The notes under the pieces were generated by a model, which did no database searches, was not told the origin of the DNA, and saw only the letters and a program-made list of their open reading frames with translations. A DNA stretch of 64,000 nucleotides from Sphyrna mokarran. Lineage: Eukaryota. Shown here piece after piece: positions 13,281-24,262 of the stretch. The DNA lies in NCBI GenBank assembly GCA_024679065.1, contig JAGIQG010000002.1, positions 129,828,001 through 129,892,000 of the forward strand. The letters are read 5' to 3'. The number at the start of each line of letters is the position of its first letter. Within the stretch, counting starts at the first letter, position 1. The position numbers and the translations under genes are program-made.

Positions 13281-13725
13281 GAATCATAAAATTCCTACAG
13301 TGCAGAAGGAGTCCGTTCAGCCCATCAACTCTGCACTGACCACAATCCCTATCTCTGTAACCCTATGCACTTATCCAGCTAGTCCCCCTGACACTAAGGG
13401 GTTATTCAGCATGGCCAATCTACCTGACCCACATATCTTTGGACTGTGGGAGGAAATTAGAGCATCTGGAGGAAACCCACACAAACATTGAGAGAATGTG
13501 CAAATTCCTCACAGACAGTGACCCAAGCCAGGAATCGAACCGGGTCCCTGATGCTGTGAGGCAGCAGTGCTAACCGCCATGCCACTGTGCCACCCCTGGA
13601 GAAAACCCATGCAGATACAGGGAGAATGTACAAACTCCACACAGATAGTCACCCAAGGCCAGCACTGAACCCGAGTCCCTGGCGCTGTAAGGCAACAATG
13701 CTAATCACTGTGCCACTGTGCTGTC
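13278..13725 (-). mobile_element. V-SINE, tail type A, with tandemly duplicated head and core
   Basis: Head/core appears twice (~13465-13593 and ~13596-13722); inserted into the 12.1-13.8 kb LINE. Confidence 0.8.
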
Positions 13726-15087
13726 CGTATGTTTGAAACCAAGACTATAATGAAATCAGGAGCTGAGTGACCCTGGCAAAAGCTGAACTGAGCATCAGTG
13801 AGCAGGTTATTGCTGAGCAATTGCCTTTTTCTCATTTTATTTCTACGTTAATGTGATTTATCACTTATGCCAAACCAAAGCAGAAGCAAATATGTGAATG
13901 CTGGAAAATCTGAAATAAAAGCAGGAAGTTGCTGGAAAGTATTCAGCAGGCCTGACAACATCTGTGGGCAGAGAAAGCATCATTTATGATTCCAAAGTCT
14001 CTATATTTCTCCAAACCTGACCTCTTGCGTATGACCAGTTTTCATTGCTCCATCATCGGCAGCCCTGCCTTCAAACTGCCTCTTCCCCTTTTTTTCCTCC
14101 TTGATGATGTCCCTATAACCTACCTTGCTAACTTTTGTTCGCACCCTCCCCTGGCTCAGCATCAGGTTTATCTGTTTCCATGACATGCATTTGATGCTTT
14201 TAATTAAGTTGCAGTGCTATATAAATGCACTGAGCTTGATCAGAGTTTTTACTTTGTGTGGCATGTAACAGTGTACCTTGTGAACTATTAGCAGCTGAAG
14301 TTCATTGTTCATTCCAGGGGGCAAGTCTCCCAAGGTACTTTGCCCATTAAATCCTGTTTTGGCACTTGGAAGAATGAGGAGCCCAATGAGAGCCGATGTT
14401 TGTAGTGCGCGCAAGTCAAGATTATGTGTGAAGTTTTGGAATTACAATAGAGCTGCACTGAGTTTCATGGAGATTCCAGAACTAATTGCAGTTGGTCCTT
14501 TACTGTACCAAAGCTAGATATCTCCTTCAAAACTTTAGAGACTGTCTTTCTCTGTCCCAGTAAGAGCCAGAGGGCTTGCTAATAGAATGGCTGTACATTT
14601 CCCCTTCCTCTCAGTCTGGTCAGCATCCATGTGCTAATGATCCCTCCTGGCTAAGGGAAGTCAGGAGTCAGATTCATGTTCATGTTGTGCAATAAAGATT
14701 CCAAAGTAGTTGGTAAAGATAAAATATTGCAGATTCTGGAATCTGAAACAGAAAGTGCTGGAGAAACTCGGCAGGTCTGGCAGCATTTGTGGAGAGAGAA
14801 TAGAGCCAATATTTTGAGTCTGGATGACTCTATATCAGAGCACTGGCTCTACTCTCTCCGCATGCACTGTCAAACCTGCTGAGTTTCTCCAGTATTTTCA
14901 GCTTTTATCCCAGAGTTATTGAGTTTCCAGTCAGTACAAATTCCTTTCAGTTTTGTGGAACATAGAAACCGGAAGAGGCCATTCAGCCCTTCAAACCTGC
15001 TTTGCCGTACAGTTAGATCACAGCTGATTCGTAGCTTAATTTCATTGACTTGCTTTAGTTCTGTCAGGTCTCTTATCTGACCAAAAG

Positions 15088-15380
15088 CGGCATAGTTGCA
15101 CAGTGGTTAGCACTGCTGCCTCACAGTGCCAGGATTCAATTCCCAGCTTGGGTCACTGTCTGTGTGGAGTTTGCATGTTCTTCCTGTGTCTATGTGGATT
15201 TTCTCTGGGTGCTCCAGTTTCTTCAGACAATCTGAAAAATATGCTGGTTAGGTGCATTGGCCATGCTAAGTTTTCCCTCAGTGTATCCAAACAGGGGTCA
15301 GAGTGTGGCAACTAGGGGACTTTCACAGTAATTTCTTTGCAATGCTGATGTAAGTCTACTTGTGATAATAAATAAACTTT
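15088..15380 (+). mobile_element. V-SINE, tail type B
   Basis: Full copy ending ataaataaacttt, ~400 bp upstream of the first PAS-B-like exon. Confidence 0.85.
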
Positions 15381-15782
15381 AGCTATTCATCTGGGCTTTG
15401 AAATGTGAAATGATCTTCCCTCAATAGCTTTTTGGGGAGGGTTTTATGGTTCCCGATGTCAGTTTGGACAGTCCAGCACTGATTTTATCCTCATTGGACT
15501 TCCCCACCTGAGGAAATAGTTTCTTTCTATCCATTCTACCAAATCCATTAATCATCCCAAGCCCTTTGCTATGAAGTACTGAGGTGAAATGCCCTTATAC
15601 TTTTATACTCAGTAGAATACAAACTTAACCTCTGCATTCTGTCCTTGTCATTTAATCATTTTATCCCTTAAAGTGCAATGTCCAGAATCTGAACACAATA
15701 TTCCACTACAGTCTAACCTTATATAACCAGAATATAACTTCTCTCCTTTGGTAACTCTGTGATTCCATTTTGTTGCATCCAG

Positions 15783-15886
15783 GGGCAAAGCAGCAGGATG
15801 GTCTGACGCAGAACTGTGGGCAAGGTCGAGTTGCCACTACCTTCGCTTCACAGACATGCTGTACTGCACGGAGAATCAAGTACGAT
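15783..15886 (+). CDS. AHRR: AHRR exon encoding PAS-B-like sequence (equivalent to AHR exon 8)
   Basis: ccag acceptor (15781-15782), gtaagc donor (15887). (K)GKAAGWSDAELWARSSCHYLRFTDMLYCTENQVR(L) aligns by eye with AHR [37 protein letters not shown]. 104 nt, phase 2 to 1. Confidence 0.88.
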
Positions 15887-16210
15887 GTAAGCCCCTCCTA
15901 AATCTCTCCATCTCTCTCTCTCTCTTCCTTTTTGAAGATGCTCTTCAAAACTACTCTTTGCCAGGCTTTTGGTCACCTTTCCTCAGTGCTGAATTCCGTT
16001 CAATAACATTTCTGTGCCATGCCGTGGGCTATTTTACCAAGTTGAAAGCTCCACATCGGTGCAGAGTTGTTGTATGTTTGAATCTCTGCTGCACAAATTA
16101 ATAATGTGAAATTTCCCAGTGTGATTATGTGCAGTAAGGCTAAACAGAATAAGACAGATCAAACACTTGTGTCAAACTCTGAGCTCCATGTTTCATGTCC
16201 CTCCATACAG

Positions 16211-16352
16211 TGATGGACGCTGGAGAGAAGGGTCTCACCGTCTTCAGAGTGCTTACAAAGGACGGCCAATGGGTTTGGCTCCAAACTAATGGACATTTGC
16301 CCTACAGAAGCAAGTCGCCAGAATATGTCACTGTGCCAAAAGAGGAACCCAA
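16211..16352 (+). CDS. AHRR: AHRR exon encoding PAS-B-like sequence (equivalent to AHR exon 9)
   Basis: atacag acceptor, gtaagt donor (16353). (L)MDAGEKGLTVFRVLTKDGQWVWLQTNGHLPYRSKSPEYVTVPKEEP(K) aligns with AHR [47 protein letters not shown]. 142 nt, phase 1 to 2. Confidence 0.9.
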
Positions 16353-16440
16353 GTAAGTTACGTCTTTTTCATTGTCATATGCTTGTAAATTGTAACTAGA
16401 ATATAATTTATTTAAAATGTCAAAGAAGCAAGCAAAAATG

Positions 16441-16645
16441 ATGGCACAGTGATTAGCACTACTGCCTCACAACACCAGAGACCTGGGTTCAATTCCCGGC
16501 TCGGGTCATTATCTGTGTGGAATCTGCATGTTCTCCCCATATCTATGTGGGTTTCCTCCAGATGCTCCGTTTTCCTCCTAAGTCCAAAGATGTGCTGGTT
16601 AGATGAATTAACAATGCTAAAATTCTCCCTCAATGTACCCGAACA
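16441..16645 (+). mobile_element. V-SINE, tail type B, 3'-truncated
   Basis: Head and core end at caatgtacccgaac, followed by an A run. Confidence 0.8.
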
Positions 16646-17104
16646 AAAAAAAATTTGAACAATAACAATGTTGTTTGCTAACTTATCTACCATGGTTTAT
16701 TGCTTAAAAAAGAATCATGCATTCGAAGCTTTCATCCTGAACTCACCAAGGCAGATACAAAAATATCAAATCTGAAAACACTTCTTACTGCATGAGAAGA
16801 GCTGCTGATTTGTTGACAATCAGACTCTGATTGGTGAAGGCATTAGCATGGTGAATGCACCAGAAAACAGTTGACAGTTGAGCTTTTGATTAAACTCAAA
16901 CCAGATAAGTCTGATTGGCTAAGGTGTTGCCATGGGGAATAAATCAGTGAATAGCTGACCCCCAAGCTATGATTTAGTTGAAAAAGGTGCAATGCATGGA
17001 CTGCAAAGGAAGAGCCAGGTATGTGAATACACTTCTAGCATGTGTAAGGGAACCACAGTCAGCTAATAATCTTAAATAGGTTGTTAACGTAATTCTTAGC
17101 ACGT

Positions 17105-17530
17105 AAAAACATGGAAAGTAGGTAGGTAAGAGTAGGCCAGTCGGCCCTTTGAGCCTGCACCACCATTCAACATGATCGTGGCTGATCATGACTATTCCCG
17201 CTTTCTCTCCATACTCCATGATCCCTTTTAGCCACAAAGGCCATGTTCAGCTTCCTCTTGAACATATCTAATAAATTGGCCCAAACAGCTTTCTGTGGTA
17301 GAGAATTCCACAGGTTCACAACTCTCTGAGTGAAGAAGTTCTTTCTCACCTTAGTCCTAGATGGCTTACCCCTTATTCTTAGATTGTGACCTCCTAGTTC
17401 TAGATTTCTCCAGTATTGGGAACATTTTTCCCACATCTATCCTGTCCAGTCCCATCAGGATTTTATGTTTCTTTGCGATCCCCTCTCCTTCTAAATTCCA
17501 GTGAGTACAAGCCCAGTCAATCCAGTCTCA
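17105..17530 (-). mobile_element. CR1 LINE 3' fragment
   Basis: GHNLRIRGKPSRTKVRKNFFTQRVVNLWNSLPQKAV plus 3' UTR. Confidence 0.85.
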
Positions 17531-17591
17531 TAATTGGGGTTGTTTAGCAGTTGCTGTCCAATCATTAAATCACATCTAATGTTGGAATAAT

Positions 17592-17992
17592 GAAGTTTAT
17601 TTGTTAGTGGCACAGGTGGACTTACATTAACACTGCAATGAAATTGCTGTGAAAATCCCTCAGTCGCTACATTCCAGCATCTGTTCAGAAGGGGACAGAG
17701 AGAGGCAATGGCTGAGAGCAGAGAGGGAAAACAGCGAGCACCAACCAACTGAGTTTTAAGAAGTATTGTCCTTGTCTATTGTTCTGGTACACTGAGGGAG
17801 AATTTAGCCTGGCCAATGCACCTAACCAGCACGTCTTTTGGATCGTGGGCGGAAACCGGAGCTCTCAGATGAAACCTATGCAGTCACAAGGAGTTAGAAG
17901 CAGACTCCGCATAGATAGTGACACAAGCAGGGAATCAAACCCAGGTCCCTGGCACTGTGAGGCAAAAGTGCTAACTATTGTGCCACCATGCC
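17592..17992 (-). mobile_element. V-SINE, tail type B, with a ~90-bp internal insertion
   Basis: Reverse copy split at ~17688-17779 by unrelated purine-rich sequence. Confidence 0.8.
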
Positions 17993-18287
17993 GCAATATA
18001 TCATATACCTCATAACATCTACTTAGGTTTGTTCTTGTATTTGACACACCTTAATGTGCGGTGAGCTAATGAGTAATGCTATTGCTTCTGCCTGAAGGAA
18101 TATTTAAAATGCTGTAACGGAAAGTTTGAAAATTTAAATAATGGAAAATGTCAATGTTTAGCTTCTTAGCTGGTAATAAGCATTGCCCATTTTACATGTG
18201 GACCTTTTAGGCATTGTTCCTCAAGTCCTTGATAGCAAAGCAGAATGTTCTGTGCATGCTATAGTAATGTTCTCTCGTTTTCCACAG

Positions 18288-19509
18288 GGATGCAGAGAGG
18301 CCCAAGGAGGAGCGGTTGAGGAACCAGACAAACGCTGACCAATCTGACGGTGCCAACAGACTTGTCTACAGCAGCTGCACTGAAACATCGGTGCAGTTGA
18401 AACATCTGTATGAGCAGCCCCTGGCAAAGGAAGGGGGAGAAAGTAAATATAAGCCCATTAGAACTGACGGCGGCACCAACCAGAGTGAGCCGCTTAATTT
18501 TTGCACATCTTTTCCCCGAGCATCAAAAGTTGCTGCCACGGATGATGTATGGGGCCCGGAATATTCCAGAGGTGTGTTGAATTCACAGCCCCCAAGAACT
18601 GCGGAGAGGATAAGCAGTGTCCCCGTCCGGGTGGCGAAACCCTTTTGTGGCAGGAGTAGATTTCTGTCCGAACCCCAGCTGAGGGACGACGCCCAGGTCT
18701 CCAGCTTTCAAAACCTGGCCCCGGGCTTCAGGGGCGAAGTGCAGCAGAGCCAGACCTACGGCGACCTGCACTACACTGACCTGGAGGGCTACCCGCCTGA
18801 AACGAGTAAATCGGACGACGTAGGGTCAGCCGCTGACTTCGTTGCCCAGCGGCCGAAGGAGCATCCGGCGGGCTACTGCGACAGCGCGGAAATGTTCTTG
18901 GGGGTGCACGTCAAGAGGGAGTACAACCCAGAATCGCGCGGCGAACTGGACGAGCACTTGGGATCCCCGAGCCGTCAGTGGGCCAACGCTGGAGAAATGG
19001 GGAAGAAGCTGACCGCGAGCTTCCCGCCCCCGGTGAAGTGCGACCCCAACACGCTGGGGCAGCTGTCTCCCTGTGAGAAACTGAAAGCTCCCCTGCAGCC
19101 CCCGCTTTGCAGGGCCGGGGTGGCCAAGTGCGGCGGCCTGTGGATGGCGGGCAGCGCAGCCATCCACACCAGATTGTCGAAACACGGCGCCGACGTGGCC
19201 CAGTTCGGCCCGCAGAGAGCCGCCCACTCCCGGTGCGCACACAGGGAGCAAGGCGCGGACTGCTTCCAGACAGCTGCCTACCCGTACCATCCCATCCAGG
19301 ACAAGGGTCCGAGTCAGGAGACGTACAAATTATCACCCCCGTTCAAAGATCATGATCTAATCCACACGGTCATCAAACGGGAGCCCTCGCCCTCCACTCC
19401 GTGGTCTTGTGACAATCCGCATAACATGCAGGCAACCTTGCAAAGAAATATGCCCAGCTGTTTGATAAATGCATTAACTCACAAAAGTACGCAGAACATG
19501 TATTTGTAA
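18288..19509 (+). CDS. AHRR: AHRR terminal coding exon (C-terminal repression region)
   Basis: tttccacag acceptor; phase-2 start joins the frame of the 397-aa ORF 18316-19509; TAA at 19507-19509. No Q-rich activation tract. SUMO-consensus motifs VKRE, VKCD and IKRE. Confidence 0.9.
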
Positions 19510-20496
19510 TTTTTGTTCCATAAAGAAGAAATTGTTGTACTTTTCCAAAACTCCTGCGCTCCGGGAATGGTGTATGAAAGTATTTACTTTGCTGTAAACC
19601 CTAACGTATTACCCATCACCATTTGTTCTGCAAATATATGTTGTGTGAAAATTTTTATTTTAATTTGCTTATGATGTTGTGTATGAACGTTAACAGTCTT
19701 GGAATACACAAGAAACATTGAAACACTTAATTTTACAAAGTCACTCATCTCTAAAGAACCCACGGATAGAATAACTATTTGCATTCGTACAGTGCTTTGA
19801 ACGTATAAGACGTCCCAAGACACATCAGACAATCTTTGCCGCAATGTCCTATGAGAAGATATTAGGACCAAAAGCTTGATCAAAGAGTTGGGCCTTCAGG
19901 AGTGTTTTAAGGAAAGGGAGAGAGTTAGGTTGACAAAAAATGATGATTTGGGGGTAGATTCCAGAGTTTAGGGCCCAAATCTCTGCAGGCATAGTGAGCA
20001 ATGGAATGGGTTAAATTCCTGACTTTAACCCTGCTTTCTCTGGAATATTGAGTGTGTGGACAGTTTAAATTTGGGCTTAGAAGACTGTCCAATACAAAAA
20101 TAGATATATCTCTTTTATTCTCCTCCACTGATTTGTTGGTCAAACCCCAAAGACAACTCTTTTCCATTTTGAGGATACCTTGTCTAATGATTGATATTTT
20201 CTAGTTTCAGTCCACAAGTATTAATCGAACCCAGCCTCATCTGTTCTTAACCCGATGACTTCCAGCACCAGGTCATTGGACAACAACAAGGGGAGAAGGG
20301 TGCATTTAATTCTAAAATGATAACATTAAGGCTAATTGTGGTGCATCCTGTGATATTTAACTAACTTAGCACAGATCAGTGATTGAATTAAGACCTTTCT
20401 TTTTCATTATCACTCCTAATGATTTTATTTCCACTTTCCACTTCCAATGTACAATTATTTGCATTGTTATGCAGACAGCATAACGGGCACATAGGT

Positions 20497-20838
20497 GATG
20501 GCCTAGTGGAATAGCTGGACTATTAATCCAGAAACTCAGCCAATGTTCTGGGAATCTGGGTTCAAATCCCTTCTAGGCAGATAGTGGAATTTGAAATCCA
20601 TAAAAAGATATCTTGAATCTTTTTAAGAATCTACTAATAGCCATGAAACAATTGTCAAAAAAAACCCACCTAGTTCATTAATGTATTTTAGGGAAGGAAA
20701 TCTACCACCCTTATCTGGTGTGGCCTATGTATGACTCCAGAGGCACAGGAATGTGGTTGACTTTCAACTGCCCTCGGGCAACTGGGGATTAAATGGTGGC
20801 CAGCCAGTGACATCCATGCCCCATGAATGAATGAAAAA
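20497..20838 (+). mobile_element. tRNA-headed SINE sharing its tail with the 12.1 kb LINE family; related copies at ~6805-7125 (-), ~21195-21530 (+) and ~34510-34960 (-)
   Basis: ggcctagtgg...ggactattaatccaga...gggttcaaatccc head; tail gccagtgacatccatgccccatgaatgaatgaaaaaa. Confidence 0.6.
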
Positions 20839-23465
20839 ACATAGGTTTTCTTATTCTTCTGCAATGGAAAGATGGAAACGAAGAATATTACCTTGAGACA
20901 TTTTCATACATGAAAAGCACTATATAAATGCATTTGCTATGTCCATCACATGTGATAACAGAGTTTAGAACTGTGTCTCATTCTTTGATTTGTTTTATTC
21001 AATTCAGATTTCACCATGTGCCGTGTGGGATTCAAACTTGAATCCCCAGAGCACTTCCCTGGGTCTCTTGAGTGAGAATACCACTACACTACTGCCTCCA
21101 CCTCCGCTTCTGCCTTCCCGACAATGCAGAGTCGGGTCCTGCATTTGACCCTGATGTTGGGGGCCACAACCCAAAGTAGGAAATCCTGTCTGTGGGGTAT
21201 TAGTATCATGGTTTTATTACTGGACTGTATCTCTAAAGATCATGAGCCCAAATCCCAACATAATATTTTGAATTCAGTTTAAAAAGTGAGGCTGTTAATA
21301 TGATTAACCATGTGACATTGTCATTAAAAACGCAACTCTTTCACTAACTTCCTTTAGAGAAGAAAACCTGCCGCCTTTATCCAGTCTGGTCTATGTGTGA
21401 TTCCAATTTTATATCAACTTAATAGACCGTTAATGCACTCCAAAAGGAGCTAGCAAACCATTCAATTGGGATTACCACCTTTTCAATGGTAATAAATACC
21501 AGCCTTGCTGGTGATGCCAACATCTTAAGAATGCCATCGGTGCCTTCAAGTTAATGGTTGCAACAACCAAAAGTTACGTTTATATGATACCTTGAACACT
21601 TATCAAGTCAAGATGATGTGAGAATTCTTTCCAAAGTGCCATAATCGCAAGCCTCAAAGAAGTTAGAAATCAATCACACCAAATTATTTAATCGCCACCA
21701 TGAAAAGGACTGTGCCCTATTATTTTATAAGTATCTTAATATTGATATGAAATTATTTTTCTTGTAATCGTACTTATAATAGATCATTCTGATAGCATCA
21801 CACAAGAATGCCAATGTTACTTTCAACGGTAAATATGAAGCCAATGTCGAAATTAGGGTTTTATATTTTCAGTGATTCCCTCCCCCGTTAATCAATGTGT
21901 TAATGTTAAACTTGTGATCTAATCATGGCAAGATTAATGGGGTTTCACCTACAGCAAATCACTGAAAGATATACAACATTGCATATTAATTCTGAAGATC
22001 CCTATATGATGATTTAATTCAGACAGTTTCCTTGTGAAGATTAATATAATCTTCCTCATCTATTGTGTCAACAACACTTTTGTTCTTGTGAACTGCCTCT
22101 TTCATTTTTTTTTCCTTTCTTACATCATGTTAAAAATAAATCAGACTACACCTGGTCTGCTATATCAAGGTAACATTTTAAGAATCAGTTTCTCCACATC
22201 ACTGACTGCTAAAGTATGTTGTCAATGTTGCTGCTCATTTTTTTTTAATGTGTGTAACTAGATGTATAAAGAGCAATAATGTACAGAAAGCAACATTTAT
22301 TTATGGAATTACATCATTTGGTTTCAATATATGTGCTGTTCTTAATACTTTGCTTTTGTATTGTGGTGGGAGTGGGGAGGCAGACGTCTGCAAATGAGCA
22401 CTTGCAGGTCAAGTATAGACTGATACGCACACAAAACTAGCCACTACTCTGCCTTAAAGCCTACTTAAAAAAATACCCATTACTGTGATGGAGAGATTTT
22501 TGGCAAATAATACCTATGACTGTTGTACTCGGTATTCACCCTGTTAGGTGGACTGGCCATGCCAAATTGCCCCTTAGTGTCAGGAGGGCTGTGAGGGTAA
22601 ATGCATTGGATAATGGGGATAGGGGCTTGGTGGGATTGTGGTTGGTGCTGACTTGATAGGCTGAATGACCTCTTCCTGCTCTGCAGGGTTCTATGATATC
22701 TATTCTATCCATTTCTTGCCAGCTCTCCACTTCACACGAGGAAAGCAACAGGGGTTTTACACCAAAATGTTCCATAGTTCCTGTTACTTACTCTAGAGGT
22801 TATTGTAGTTGCAGATGTGGCTGAGGCCCTTTGCAACCTTTTTAAATTATATTTTGTATTCAGAACTAGTTAAGCACCCATTGCATCTGGTGCTAGCAGC
22901 AGGTATCAACGCGGGCAGAGTTAGAAAATTTGGAGAGCCACCAAAAGTCAGTTGGCATTGGGCTGCTGTCCAACATTTCCCCGTTCAGCTTGCGATAATG
23001 TCCGCTGCTGGCAAGATTGGCAGGTGACACAGGGTTACGGGTGGGGGGAGAGCATTATAATGTAATTCTGTCCATGTTCTGCTGTTATTTTTATATTTAC
23101 ATTAGAATTTCCTTTGCCTATCCCTTTACATGGAGGCACCTGTGAGACTTCAAACCCAGATTCCTCTGATCCCTCAGGTGGATACAAATGATCTCATGGT
23201 GCTACTTCAGAGGAAGAGCAGGAGACATTCCCCCCTAGTGTCCAGGTCAACAATAATCCCGCCACTGAGATTACTAAAATAGATGATCTGCTCACCATCA
23301 CATTGCTGTTTATGGGAGCTTGCTGTACTTAGATTGGTTGCTGCATTCTTTTCATATCAACAGTGACCACAACTCAGAAATATTTGATTGCTTGTGAGGG
23401 GACTACATGAGTTGTAAAAGATGCTAAATAAATGCAAGACCTTTCTTTTCTTTTGCTTTGTAGTG

Positions 23466-23790
23466 CATGGTGGTATAGTTGCAAGTACTGTTGCCTTACA
23501 GCGCCAGGGACTTAGGTTCAATTCTGGCCTTGAGTCACTGTCTGTAAGGAGTTTGAACGTTCTCCCCATGTCTGCATGGGTTTCCTCTGGATGCTTCGAT
23601 TTCCTCCCACAGTCCAAAGACATGCAGGTTAGGTAGATTGGCCATGCCAAATTACTCCTTTGTAACAGGGAAATTGGCAGAGTAAATTTGTGGAGTTACA
23701 GGACTAGGGCTTGGACGAAATTGTCATCAGTGCAGACTTGAAGGAGGCTGAATGGGCTCCTTCTGCACTGTAGGGATTCTATGATCTTCT
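23466..23790 (+). mobile_element. V-SINE, tail type A
   Basis: Full copy. A tail-only fragment also lies at ~22540-22710. Confidence 0.82.
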
Positions 23791-24256
23791 ATGCTCTATG
23801 TGAATCATTCTATACACTATGACCTTTGGTGGTGCTATAGATTAAATTATAAATTTAGACAAAGGAATTTCGAATGGTTAAAAAGATGACCGGAAGCTTA
23901 GGCACATATAAGGTTTTCAATGGAGATTTGAAGATAATACTCAACAAACCTTGAGGTGGCAAGTTTTTGCATAAAAACAAAATTTCAGAACATCTTTAAT
24001 ACAATACAGTTTACATTATTGGTTATAATATTCCCTTAATTAGAATCCATGAAAGAAAGTTCTCCTCATTATTTTTAGGGATAGTGTGGATCCGTTAGAA
24101 AAAAAAACATTTAAAATTGTTGGTTTGTCCGATCAATGAATATGTTTTTGAATGTTCTAGAATGAAGGAATTCTTCATGTTCTGCCATTTTGGAGTGTGC
24201 ACTAATAATTTTTATAATTACAAAACATTGAAAAGTCTAGTTTAAAAATAATCTGC

Positions 24257-24262
24257 AATAAA
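24257..24262 (+). terminator. Candidate AHRR polyadenylation signal (AATAAA)
   Basis: AATAAA at the end of an AT-rich, repeat-poor stretch with T/GT-rich sequence downstream. Other AATAAA hexamers exist upstream (e.g. ~22135), so the site used is uncertain. Confidence 0.35.

Noticed and set aside
16715-16760. Another hammerhead-like trace on the minus strand (ttggtgag...gaaagcttcg)
   Set aside because: The CUGANGA core is broken and stem II does not pair convincingly; single copy in the window.
18583-19355. Antisense and alternative-frame ORFs over the last AHRR exon
   Set aside because: Expected in GC-rich coding sequence; no recognisable protein or splice support.
832-19509. Calling the gene AHR (AHR1/2/3) because of the PAS-B-like exons
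   Set aside because: PAS-A motifs ([32 protein letters not shown]) are AHRR-type, there is no Q-rich activation domain, SUMO motifs are present, and the gene lies directly upstream of EXOC3. A phylogeny would be the final test.
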